Assembly (NCBI RefSeq): GCF_025526975.1
Contig: NW_026515678.1
Span: 496,001 to 560,000, forward strand
Source: Fimicolochytrium jonesii
Taxonomy: Eukaryota
Length of the DNA: 64,000 nucleotides
Direction: 5' to 3'
Numbering within the stretch: position 1 is the first letter of the stretch; each line of letters begins with the position of its first letter. The translations under genes were made by a program, and so were the position numbers. Shown here piece after piece: positions 38,281-50,422 of the stretch. The notes below the pieces were generated by a model. The model ran no database searches. It saw nothing but the letters and a program-made list of their open reading frames with translations, and was not told the origin of the DNA.

Positions 38281-40052
38281 TCACGAGCGAAGCACACACT
38301 GTCGCTCAAAAGATGCCCGGAATTCGATTGTGCTGACGTTTTTCCCTAAAAGCCAAGGTCTTAATATCTGCCACGTTCAGCATATTGAACTTCGTCTCCA
38401 CACCTACCTATAACAACCACCTTATTCACCCTCTCCTCACCCTTCGCCCACTTCGCACCCTCCTGTACATCATACAGCTCTCTTACCGCCTGCGCGACGT
38501 GTTTCCGATCCGACCCGTCGGCGTTGATGAGTGCTTTGAGGCGGAGTATTTCAATTTGGGTTGTGGGTTGGTCACCGACGGTGTTCTCCCACAAGAGGTT
38601 TTGGAGCCAGGTATTTAGTGAGGGGAGGGATATTGTGCCCGGGAGGGTGAATGTGACGGTTTGCACGGACTGCGGGAATGCGAGATGACATGAGCATTAA
38701 TCATTTACCAAGAAAGCTCATAAGCTATAACTTACCTCGTCAAGGTGTTTCCTCGCCCCTGCCGTCGACTTTTCCAATATCAGCTGTTCCGATCGTTCAT
38801 CAAACGCATGCAGATCCAGCAAGTGCTCTATTGGCACATCTGACCGCGTCGTCTTCGTCAAAGGCGCCACAGCATTGATGTCTCTTATCGACTCCTCAAG
38901 ATGATTGACCTGCTCGGTCGAAACTGTGTCGATTTTGTTCAGGATAATGCGGTCTGCGAGTGCTATCTGCCTAGCCTGGGGAGATCAGCAGTTGTCATCT
39001 GTTTTACGGTGGGACGACGCGACGTACCTTATTGCTTCATTGAGAAGCCCGTCGGGCTTCTTCTCTTGCAGTTGCTGAGATTGAGTGGTGACCCTCACGT
39101 CAGTACGCGCATCAGCGGGACAGGTGAGATCGACCTTCACTCGATGTATACCTGTAAGCCAAACTTCGCATCTACAACTGTCAGGATGGCGTCGAGGTAT
39201 ATCTCGCTTTGCAGCTCATTGTCTAACCAGAACATGGATGCGATGGGACCTAAAGAACCCGATGCGTTGAGTGGGATGTCGAGGTCGAGCCACTGACCAC
39301 TCACGCACCTGGATCCGCAAGTCCGGTGGTCTCCAGCATGATGTAGTCGAACTTTCCTTTCTTCTTCATTAGGTTCTCTACCGCCTTCACACCAGCATCC
39401 CTAGAAAATGTTCAGTGCCTGCCCAGCCGCCTCGCCTCCGCATCCGCAGCTACTCACTTCACAGAGCAGCACAGACATCCTGCAACGACGGATTGGTTGA
39501 ACGCGGTTAGCGATGTTCAGAACCCTCCACAGCATAGATGACATCAAACCGTTCGCCATTTCTAGCCATTCCTCAGCCATCTCCCCATCTTTGTTCATCG
39601 TTAGACTTCGATCTATTCCCGAACCTGACGTTGAAGGAGTTAGCCACAAAAGTCCCAGAGCATAGGGAGGTTATGTGAAGGTCGGGAAGACTCACTTTCA
39701 CCGAACTCATTCAGAATGACTGCGATGCGTTTCTTATGAGTCGGGTCTTTAAGGAGCCTCGTTATCAGTGTTGTCTTGCCACTTCCTGCAGTTAAGAAGC
39801 GTCAGGCACGAAGTCCGCGAGCTTTTATTCCAACCTCCCCTCTCGCCGTACCCAAAAAGCCCGTCACGATAGTCACAGGGACCGTCTTTTTCGGCTCAGT
39901 AGCCTCACTAGCAGTGTATTTTGTGAGCATCCGTCCTGGCAACGTGCAGTCTGTTTCACTTTCACTGCTACTTACCTCGTTAACGGCCCGGAGCTGAGAG
40001 TTGCGATCGCGCTCTCGTCGACCAACAATGGAGGTTCGTCAAAGTCTGCCAT
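38281..40052 (-). CDS. ZNG1: COG0523/CobW-family zinc metallochaperone GTPase (ZNG1/CBWD-like), multi-exon
   Basis: [33 protein letters not shown] (CxCC), [13 protein letters not shown], CobW_C domain; N-terminal DEPPLLV resembling the METAP1-binding motif. Confidence 0.92.
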
Positions 40053-40572
40053 GATAATCGTTGGGTTCGAAGCTTAATAGACTAGCGGAGGCTGTGGTTG
40101 TCCTTAGAACTGGGACCACGTAATACTCTGTGCTGGGTTCTCTCGACGCAGGTTAATGCTCCTTGGGAAACACTCGCAACCGGGAAGGTCTCACTGCTGT
40201 TGACGTAACAGGCCTCGAGACAGTTTAAAGCCCCATGCACGTGATACAATGCAACAAGAGCCTCTTGTCCGAACGCTCTTTCGGACGGGATGGAAACTTG
40301 GCCCTCGTTCCACCGCAGTAGGGCTCTGGACCAGCCCCCAGCCCTTTGCAATCAACTATCTCTGAGGCAGCTGTCTGGAAAGCAAGCACCGCTACCGCTA
40401 CGGTACCGCCAGCTACGTACAGGCTTTGCTCCCCAGCAGACAGCAGTCAAGCAGTCTCGTCGTCGTCATCGTCGTCGTCGTCGGACATTGGAAACAGAAG
40501 ACAGCGCATGGCTCGGTCGGACCGTGAAGAGCAGTGAGCTTGGAACAAAACTACAAAGTCGAGCCAAACCCA

Positions 40573-43564
40573 ATGGGTTACGTGGCTTTCGCACAGCTGG
40601 ATGACGTTTATAAGCGATTGAAAGCAGACGCTTCACAAGGTGGTGGTTCCGCAGCTTCCACGGTCCTCATTTTCGTCAGTCCCGACGCTGACGCTCTGTG
40701 CGCCCTGAAGATATTGGTGGTGAGTTGGGGGCGAGCGTTGATGAGCATGCTATTCCAATGCTGACTTCGAAATCGCCCTCTGACGTACACTCTTTGTCTT
40801 TGTATGGTGGCTGGTAGACCCTGCTAAAGTCCGACTGCATAGCACACAAGGTTGTGCCCGTTGCGGGGTATACAGATTTGAGCGGAGCCAATGAAGACCA
40901 TGTGGAAGACAATGAGGAGGTACGAAGGATTTCACATCTCAGTAGCGAAAGGTTAAGCGTACTCACACCGGTTGTAGTTGCGGAGTATCGTCATGCTCAA
41001 CTGCGGGGGGTTGGTCGACCTCACGGAGCTGTTCACTCTCACGAATGCTATGACCGTATATGTCTGCGACTCGCATCGACCTCTCAATCTGCGGAGTTTG
41101 TTCGGCCATGATCAGGTGCGTGCGACTGCTGTTGTTTGCCTCAGAACTGAGCACCTGCTGATGACTCCCGTTCATAATCGTGATGAAGATCATATTTATG
41201 GACGACGGAGACGTGGACGATCTGAACGAGTTACGGCAGGCAGTCGAAGAACTAGAGGTAGTTACGGGATCGGAAAATCGAGGAATGCATGCATATCCTG
41301 ACAATCGGTCGGTTTCCAGTTCGAAGACTCCGATGACGAAGACGACGACGAGTTTGAGGAAGCGGACGATGCCGAAGATGAGAACGATGGGAACGACTCT
41401 TCAGGCGATAAACCTGATGGAGACGAAGAGACGTCCGATATAGAGAACGATGAGGATGATATGGAGGATGCGGATATGGAGGTTCGTAGATGTCATTCAT
41501 CATCGCAGAGCATTCGTTTGATGGTGTTGTGTACAAGAGGACTGAACGGGATATTTGTACAGGCTGGGGGAAGCAGAAAACGGAAACGAAAGCCACCAGA
41601 GTCGAGAAACGCAGGGGATCTGGAAAATCCGCCGAAGAAAGCGCGGCTTGCGAGGAGGGCGAAAAGGAAACGAAGGCAGCGTCATCAACGACTCATTGCG
41701 GAATACTATTCTGAGGGCGCGTACTATGGACTTTCAGTAGCAGGGATGCTATACAATCTTGCAACGCTGCTGGGCAGGGCATCGAACGATTTCTTATGGT
41801 AACATTCACCAGCCAGAGTTGATTTCACTGGGTTTTTTGCATCTGCTAATGCGGCTCGGCTCATTAGGCTTGCACTGGTTGGTCTAAGCGATCAATATCT
41901 CCACGACCGAGTGGACCATCGGCAGTACTCAGCACAAGTCTCCACATACAAGGGCGAGGTCTTACGATACAACGTCACCAGCGGCCCCGGCTCCCAGTCA
42001 ACCGATATGGACGATCTCGAATCACTATTCGGCGAATCTCTGGATCAACAAGGGCGCACGGATCAGAGCAGACATAGCGCTGGGCCGGTGATCCGGTGTG
42101 ATGATGAGTTTCGGCTCATGTTGCTGAGACATTGGACGATGCATGAGTCTCTGCATTACTCGGTTTACGTTGGAACGAAGCTGGGGATATGGAAGGAGAG
42201 GGGGCGGCAACGGTTGACGAACTTTCTGGTCAAGATGGGGTATGGTCGGTAGTGCTGTGAAGTATCCGATAGCAATACTTGACTGACCTTTCCTATCGAT
42301 AGACTACCACATAAGGAGTCCCAACAGCGCTTCACCGAAATGAGTCTACCATTCAAACGATCGATCAAAGAGAAGCTCATAGCAGTCTCCCCCCGCTTCA
42401 ACATGACGGAGATCGTCTTCCCATCATTCTACAAAAGTTTCGGCTTCCGAGGCCTCATGTCCGCCCCCGACGTCGTCTACTCCCTGACGTCCCTCCTCGA
42501 CGGCGGCGCAGAGTGGATAGCACAGCACGGAACAGGGTCGGGGTACCCCGAACTGATGACAACCGTCGGACAACTGGGCGGTGGATCTAGACAAAGGAAG
42601 AACGAAGGCGCCGAGGCGGATGTCTTTTCGGGGAGTCTTGCTGGCGTGGGTGTGGGAACGCGCACGGGGATGGCGGCGTTAGCGATGCGGACGGGGGATA
42701 TGGCGGGGATGCCTGTTGATACGGATGAGGAGGGGAGTGTGGTGGAGGAGGATGCGGAGGATCCGGGGAGGAAGGCGAGGAAGGAGAAGGAGAGGGCGTG
42801 GGTGCGGAATTTTTATGTGGCTTATGATGCTCTTGATGGGTGAGTGTCGATTTGACCGTTAGAGCCGTCATCGACTCCGATTATGGGTACGCCTTATTGA
42901 CCGTCCACTATACGATAGGTTCGACCTCCTACAACACGGCATCCATCTAGCAATGAACTTCCAACGCGCCCTCGTCCAAACAGGCATCGCCATCATCGAA
43001 AAGAAACTCACCCAAACCCTCCGCAATTTCCAACTCACCGTGCTCACCGGCGAAGGTCTCGGGTCAGGGGTCGACGTCACAGGCGCGCTAAACGACGACA
43101 ACAATTTTACCCTGTTTGGACGGAGTCCGGCGCATTTGGGGCGGTTGGCCAAGTTCTTGGTGGAGGCTTTCAAGGTTGGTTGCCTTAGACATGCTAGTGG
43201 TTCCAGTTTGAAGTGCGGGCTGATTGTGGGTGGTGGTGACAGGAATTCAAGGAGAAGGATCTTCCGCTGGTTATTGCGGCCTTGAACGAATCCGCTGATG
43301 CATTTTTGATCGTTGGGTATGCGGGCATGACAAGAAGGGGCGTCATTCGCAGAAAGTGAGTTGACTTGGGCTTGCCATCACATTCACCACGCAGAGACTT
43401 ACATACCTTCTGATGTTTTCAGTACATTCGGACCAGCATTCCAACAAGCCGCCGAGCAAACCAACGCCAACGTCAAGCACGACGGGTTCGAGGCGTCGGT
43501 TATGGAGGTTAAGCGGGAAGATCTGGGCGATTTTTTGGAGACTCTGCAGAATTTGATGCAGTGA
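40573..43564 (+). CDS. CDC45: DNA replication initiation factor Cdc45, multi-exon
   Basis: VLIFVSPDADALCALKIL, PVAGYTDL, MLNCGG, DSHRPLNL, acidic insert, LMLLRHWTMHESL, KLGIWKERG, FGPAFQQAA. Confidence 0.96.
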
Positions 43565-44672
43565 TTTAGATCGATGGTTGTTTGGGGGGTTGGAGGGGGG
43601 TTGGTTTGTGGAGGAGAATCGGTGGAACGGTGGATTTGGGCAGCTGCTTCTTTGAACATATATGTCAATGATGATGTTTGCGCTGCACGCACACTCTGCG
43701 CTTTTTCATCCAATCCCGACTGACTCATGAACAGTTCCAAGCTTCAGCTCGAGAACCTCGGTTATGCATAAGTGCATCCAGGGTAGTTTTCCAAAGCAGG
43801 TCGGGGAGGACGCCGTGATTCATCGCCGTAGTTAGCCGCCCCCAGCTTGTGGTAACGGTTGTGAAAATGCGGCGTTTTTGCAGAGTTCGTGGTTGATGAG
43901 TTAACTCAACTCAACTCGAAAAACATAGTTTGTTATACGACTGTGGAGTTGCAGCATGCACAGAGAAGCAAGGAGAAAGTAATGACTTCAAGACCAGCAG
44001 GCATACCTTCGCAGACACCATTATTGAAAACATTCGCTGTGGGAGCAAACGCCAGAGAACAGCGTGTCCTTGAAAGTCCGATCCAGGTGGCTGTGCACTC
44101 CACAATCATCTCGTAAGCAAACGCGTTCATTGGCCACCCTCTTTTTCAGCGGGCTAAGCCACACTTCAGGCTGGAGTATAAAAGTCAGCGTATCGCTCAC
44201 AACGTCCTGTTTTTTTCTCTTCACCGGTCTCGGGCTTAAAACCTCGAGGCCAGCAATACAAATAATACACATATCACCCGATGAAGAGAACCAGCGCTGA
44301 ACAAGGACTTGATCCTTGAGTTCCGCAGAAGATAGCGGAGGGTGGCCTATGGTGTTGATTGTATTATGTGTTGTATTTGGAATCTGCGTTCCAGTCCGAT
44401 TGCGGGATCGTCCCCCTCCGTAGAGGGTAGCGGATCTACGATATCTGCGAGTCATGTCGGGGACTTTTGGCTTCATGCCCTGACAACCATAGCAGCGTTG
44501 TCGGGGGTTTGAGCCTTGAAGTTCATCGGCGCAACTCGGCGGAGTGACGACTCGTAGGCTTGTATGGCAGTCGATTGTCTTGATTCAGAGATGTATTCCT
44601 CTGCGAGAGATCTATGTATCTACGTTCGTCGAAACGAATTATCTGTACGCCGCAAGCACTGCTATTGTAAGA

Positions 44673-46199
44673 CTATGCTATGCTTGCAAAGGTGATTTGT
44701 ACAGCCCATCCAGGCCCGGCAGCAACCGCCACATGCAGCGGGTCCAAACTATGTATGAAAGATCCTACCGTTTCAAGCCCGTCTTGCATGAAAGTGACGC
44801 ACCTAGCGTCCGCCCGATACCGGCACATCAAGACCGACCCGGCCTCCACAGCTGGCACAACTCCCCTTGTGCCAGGTCTCCCAAAGCAGAATGAACCCTG
44901 GTATACCCGTCCGTCGTCCGTGTGATACCCAATGCTGCCGTACTCCCAGCCAATGTGGTAGAACGAAGAGCAGGGGTGTGGTGCGAAGCCCAGGGAGAGA
45001 AAGGATGGGTTGATGTTTGTTGAGGGTGGGGCGGATATGATCTTGACGGTGAATTGGAAATCCTGGGAGAGGTCGATTGGGAATGTTGAGATTGCCGAGC
45101 AGGGGTTCGGGTTTTGGGTTTCGGTGAGTAAAGGTGGGAAGGTGATGAGCTCGGATGTTTCCGATTCATCTTGTTGAATGTCATGGATAATGTGTACGAT
45201 GGGTAAATCCGCGACCTCTTTCGGGAGGCAGTTGGGAACCATCCTCATTGGGCATTCCTGATCGAGCAGCGGCTGTCGGACAAAATCCCGATGCATTCCA
45301 CGAAGGGCATCGTTTGCCAAAGTGAATCTGAAGGGTATTTCGCCGAGGTTGACGCCAACATGGCAAGGTCCGGCTGCCGAAACGACTGGGAACCAGTTAT
45401 GTCGGTAGTCAAATGGGGTGGTGTGTATCGTGTGTGGTGCGTCGCCGACCCAATGCCCGTTCAGGGTGAAGAAGATGACCGCTCTCGACATGGCGAATGG
45501 TGCCCGCGCTGCTTGTCCTTCAGCGGTGCTTGCTTCCGAGGGTACATGAACGTAACCACACCCAACAACATCCCCGACCTTCCCCCACTTCGCCGCAAAC
45601 TGGAAATGCTCGCCATCCCTGTGCCCAAGGGCCAACGACCCGTCATCGCTACAATACCCTACACTGCGCCCCACAGATCCCGGCGGATGCTCAAAGGAAT
45701 GATCCTCACTTCCGAGTCCGACCTCCATCCCACATTCGTCCACGCCAACTTCCAAAATGGTCACCTCGTAATAGGCTATCCTGCAGTTCCTACCCTCATT
45801 CCACGGCTGCGGCCGAGCGTACAGCGGCATCCCACCCGCGACCGCTCTGTGTCCCTTCTTCCGCAGACCGAGAAACAGTCGGTTGTAGCTAACTATCCCG
45901 TTCACCTCAGACATCGAGCTGATCTCTCTATCGAACTTCGGTGCCGTCAGATCGTCGCCCGTTTGAGCGAACCGCACGACTTGCTGTCTCCCGCCCATGC
46001 AGCCGATGGTGACGAATGTGTCGTCCCCATTTGTGTGCACCGTCCAGCGGTCAATGTTGTCTCCAAGTACATTATAGATGCGTTGACATGCTTGCCGGAA
46101 TAGCAGATAGGTGTCGGCGTCAAGGTAATCGGATATGCGGAGGAGGAGCTCGTGGGGTATTGTGCTGATCGATGCAATCCTTCCTGCATGCAAAGTCAT
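44673..46199 (-). CDS. F-box protein with two SPRY-like domains, intronless
   Basis: N-terminal IPHELLLRISDYLD..FRQACQRIY (F-box); YYEVTI..PGSVGRSVGYCSDDG..GDVVGCG..IFFTLNG and a second IGWEYGSIGYHTDDG (SPRY). Confidence 0.85.
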   Translation of the reverse strand: MTLHAGRIASISTIPHELLLRISDYLDADTYLLFRQACQRIYNVLGDNIDRWTVHTNGDDTFVTIGCMGGRQQVVRFAQTGDDLTAPKFDREISSMSEVNGIVSYNRLFLGLRKKGHRAVAGGMPLYARPQPWNEGRNCRIAYYEVTILEVGVDECGMEVGLGSEDHSFEHPPGSVGRSVGYCSDDGSLALGHRDGEHFQFAAKWGKVGDVVGCGYVHVPSEASTAEGQAARAPFAMSRAVIFFTLNGHWVGDAPHTIHTTPFDYRHNWFPVVSAAGPCHVGVNLGEIPFRFTLANDALRGMHRDFVRQPLLDQECPMRMVPNCLPKEVADLPIVHIIHDIQQDESETSELITFPPLLTETQNPNPCSAISTFPIDLSQDFQFTVKIISAPPSTNINPSFLSLGFAPHPCSSFYHIGWEYGSIGYHTDDGRVYQGSFCFGRPGTRGVVPAVEAGSVLMCRYRADARCVTFMQDGLETVGSFIHSLDPLHVAVAAGPGWAVQITFASIA

Positions 46200-47071
46200 T
46201 GTCGGTGTCCTCGTGAATTCCGCTGGACTCGTTGTCGGACATGCCGGTGAGAGTTGCTGAATGTCCCAAGTCGATGCGATGTTCCTGCGTCAAATTTGCG
46301 AGGATGGCAGGTAGCTCAGAGAAGGTCAGGAGTGATTTGGGTGTTTCGCGCGACGGACGTGAGTTGCTGACTAAGCGCGTGCGTTCGCGGTCCCGTCATT
46401 TGGCTTCCAGGAACTCCTGCAGGTTAACAACTTCAAGAAAGATCACGGAGCGAGACCCGCCGCAAGCTTCACTAGGATATCTCCGGTGAGGCGAAACTGA
46501 GGCGAGGAAGTCATGGGGGAGCTCATCAAGTTCTCCGTCCATTTGTAAGTGCCTCGGAGTCCCGCTGAGAGGCACGGGTTCCTAATGTTTGGGCAACTGG
46601 GAGACCCTGGAGATAGTAAGTGGATACTAAGATGTGCTGAACAACTGGACCGGATGAGCATATAAGGAGCAGCTGGAGCAGGCTGGTCGTGCAGCATACC
46701 CTGCACTGCAACAAGAGTTGGAGGAGGATGGACGGTGGGCACGAGGAGGGGAAGTGTCCGAATGAGTCCGAATCGACCGACGCGCCGCGCCCATTTGTTC
46801 GACGTCGGGCTCCCCTTCCCTTTCCTCCTGCTTTCCTCCACTTTTTCTCGGAAGCCAGCGCGAGACCCACAAAAAGATTTACTGCAACTGCCCGCCAAGG
46901 CGTCAAGAGAACGCTCCGTTGACAGCTCTCGGCAACCTGTTTGCAGTCAGCGCATGCCAGATCGTGCGGAGGCGCTCCATGCGCTTCGAAGTGTGAACTC
47001 TGTTTCTACCTAAAAACCGACACACTACCCAGCTGCTGGACGGCTAGATCAGTACACCCTACAACACCAAC

Positions 47072-49705
47072 ATGCTCGCCTCAATCCTCTCACGACGTCG
47101 TTTTCCGCGCCTTCGTCAGCCCATAAGGCGCGTGCACGGCAGCCCAACGGTGGGCGCCACGCATCTCCTATCCATCTTGCCACCAACATACGCCCCCGAC
47201 CCGGCGTCCGTAAACGCGCGACCAGAATATGACGTGGGGGAGTTCAGGCAGCCGACCAAGTTGGTGTGGAGAAACGCGCTGAACGATCCGTGCAAACCGG
47301 CGTCGCTTGATGCCTTCGGGACGACGGACTTTGAGCCGTCGGAGGAGCAGCAAGCCATTTTGGACCATGTGAGAGGAGGGACGAGCGACGTGGTGGTGTT
47401 GGACGCAAAGGCTGGGACCGGAAAGGTAGGGTAAACAGCTAAGCTATCTTTATGTTCGTAGGTGAGGATGGATCTAACGTCTTGACCCCTTCCCAGACCA
47501 CCACACTTCTACGGACACTGCTCCATATGCCAAGTACTTGCCAGAACGTAGCGATACTTGCTTACAACAAGGTTAATGCTGACCTTATTGCTGAGCGCGC
47601 CGCCGACATAAAAAAGCGGCACGAACTACCGTTTTCGATTACCGCTCGGACGTTCCACGGAGCCGGGCTCGATGCATGGACCGAATACATCCGCGGAGAC
47701 GCCAGCTCCATCCACGTCAACCCAGAAAAGTCATGGCAAATCTTTCAGGCGATGCTGACGTGGGATGCAATCATGCTCTATGGGAACGAAGTCGCTCAGC
47801 TAGTGAGCATGGCGAAGATGCACTGCTTAGCTCCTGAACATGCCTCGTTGAGCGGCATAACGGTTCCAGACACCCCCGACGCATGGAAAAAGTTAATGAC
47901 TTTATACGACATCAAGTGCAAGCCGGACGCCAAGGAGGATAAACTTATCGATATTGCTCAAAAGTGTCTCCGACGGTCTCTACAGCTGGCTGGAGGTTTG
48001 CAGGACGGCAACACGTTCTTCCGAAGGCGCCTAGCGACAACAACATCTGCCTTGTTACAAGACCTGCGGGGCATCGAAGACCTTCAAACCCATAACGCGC
48101 AGCTCGCATTCGAACTGCATCACGGGGATGGCATGCCTAACATGAACGAGTTTGCCAAGCGCCAGCTGGACATGGCGATCACTGCCTGCAGGCGGAGCAG
48201 GTTCGTGCTGGACTATGACGACATGCTTTACCTGCCGCTCGTGCATGGGGCGCCGTTCCCAAAGTATGACCACGTTCTAGTTGACGAGGTATTCTGGAGT
48301 ATGCAGCATAGTCATGGTTCTCCCCTTTTCAAGGATGTCTATCAACCCTTCGATGTTTCATTCGCAGGCCCAGGATATGTCGCATGCACGAGCGGCAGCT
48401 GTCCAAAAGATGTGCGCACCGGGAGGCAGGCTGCTTCTTTTCGGAGACAACAGACAACGTATCTACCAGTTTGCGGGCGCGACCCGGGACTGGTTTTCAG
48501 AAATGCACGATGAAGGATTACGACAAGCCGGCATTTCGGTTGATGCACCATACAATTCAGCTAACTCGACAAATCTCGGATTCGGTCTTCCCCTCGCTGA
48601 GCATCCCAGGCGGACTTATACCCACGACGCGAACCTACCCGTCGCCGACGATACCCAAACTTCCAACGCTTCCAAAAAACCATGGGCGTCAGTCACCCTC
48701 CTCCCACTCTCCGTTACCCGCCGCTGTCCCCAGTTAGTGGTTAAGCTAGCCCAAACACTCGTTCCGGAAATTCAATCGGCGCCAAATGCAATCGAAGGCG
48801 AGATCGTTTCGGAGCCAAAGTTCGAACTCGCTGAGTTTTTCCGTGGAGAAACAACCATGGTGCTCGCGCGCAACAACCTGCCGATCCTGAACTTTGCCTA
48901 CTACCTGATGGCCCATGATTTTCGCGTTCAGGTCCCCGGCCGTCACATTGGAGAGGATGTGATGCACCTGCTCGAGTTTGCATGTACAACATTGGAAGTC
49001 AAGGACACCGACTGGACGGACGACTTGGCAGCAAAACTGTACCTCTTCCGCGAGTCGCTGACCGCGGATACGTTGGAAGAACGCGTCGGCGAAAAGCTGG
49101 CCATCGGCGGACTAGAGGCTTTCGACGACCGGCTAGACTCGATCATGACCATCCTAACCTACTGCGTCGGCCGGTTTTCGCACTCGCGCAGCGTGCTCGA
49201 TCTCAAGAAGTACCTGCTGTACCGACAAAACGACCCTCCCGACGTGATCCTCACCACCTTCCACAAATCGCGCGGTCTCGAGATGGACAACGTCGTCATC
49301 CTCAACCAGATGGACCACATCAAAAAGTTCGACTCCTCACACCGCCGCACATTCCGCAACCAAGACACCGAAGAAAACCTGATGTACATCGCCTACACCC
49401 GCGCCCGCCGCCGGCTCCGCTTCATGGAATGGCTACCGGAAGGCCAACACCAGTCCTACGAGTACGTCCGCTCGCGCGACAAGTGCCCGCTCACGGGCCA
49501 CGTTGTCGAACACCGGATACGACCCTACGTCACAACGGACCTACTCGAACGTGTGGAGATGGAACGGGACGCGCAGGAGGCGTTGCGGAGGAACAACACC
49601 CCGGGTTTGGGGATGAGTTCGAGGGAGTTGGAGATGTTGACGGAGATGATCGAGGAGCATGTCGCGAAAAAGAGGGTGGGGTGTGCGCCGGGGTTGACGG
49701 GTTGA
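47072..49705 (+). CDS. UvrD/Rep-like superfamily 1 DNA helicase with putative mitochondrial presequence, 3 exons
   Basis: SEEQQAI (Q motif), AKAGTGK/TTTL, LAYNK, RTFHG, LVDE/AQD, GDNRQRIYQFAGA, LSVTRRCP, VLARNN, TTFHKSRGLE, NLMYIAYTRARRRL; introns 47426-47496 and 48289-48367; Arg-rich, acid-free N-terminus. Confidence 0.92.
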
Positions 49706-50422
49706 TACCTCTCAGCTGATTTCGGGTGCTTGCGTCTGTGGGACGCTTTTTATCTTGTAAATACGGTTTTCGTTCTTTTCTTGCCCTCCGGCGTGTTGAT
49801 CCGGCTTACGTAGGCGTTATCCCGCTCCGCCTCCGTGGCCCTCGTCGCGGCGTTTCTACGTAGTACTTATACCTTCCCCTTTTCAGGCGTTTTCGCCTTT
49901 GTTTTGCTAGCATGCTGTGCTTGCTTTGTAAATAGCTTGCTTTTTTCTGAATAGGAAGACTTTTGTCTTTGAGATGAATACGAGGCTTCGTGTCTGTGTC
50001 CGCAACCCTTCCATTTTCGCCAAATGAGGGCATAGGCGTGAAGCTCTGTCTAATATCACGCTCATTTTCAAATATGTTACAGACAAAAGGAAAACCGGTC
50101 TTAATGTAAGGAACTCTAAACGGGGGAAGGAAGGGATAATAATGATAGTGATGATATGAGGAAGGGAGGAGGAAAACCCCAATGCGAGGCGATGGCGAAC
50201 GATCCTAGCAAGATGCAAAATATGTGTCCAAGTGGTTGAGAGGGAACAGACGGTGGTTTTCGAATCCGGCGCCGTCGGAGACTCACGCCTTCAATTCTCC
50301 ACATCCATGAGCGGAATGAAGGGGCGTCCGCCGACGGGTGTATATGTGCAATGAGCGGGCGATACCGGTTTGATGTTGTGTCTGCCCGGCCGACTGTCGA
50401 GCAGGATTCCTGGACCTAGCAT

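Noticed and set aside
43889..44476. ORFs between CDC45 and the F-box gene (also 53070-53805)
   Set aside because: No recognisable motifs, splice pattern or codon bias; left unannotated
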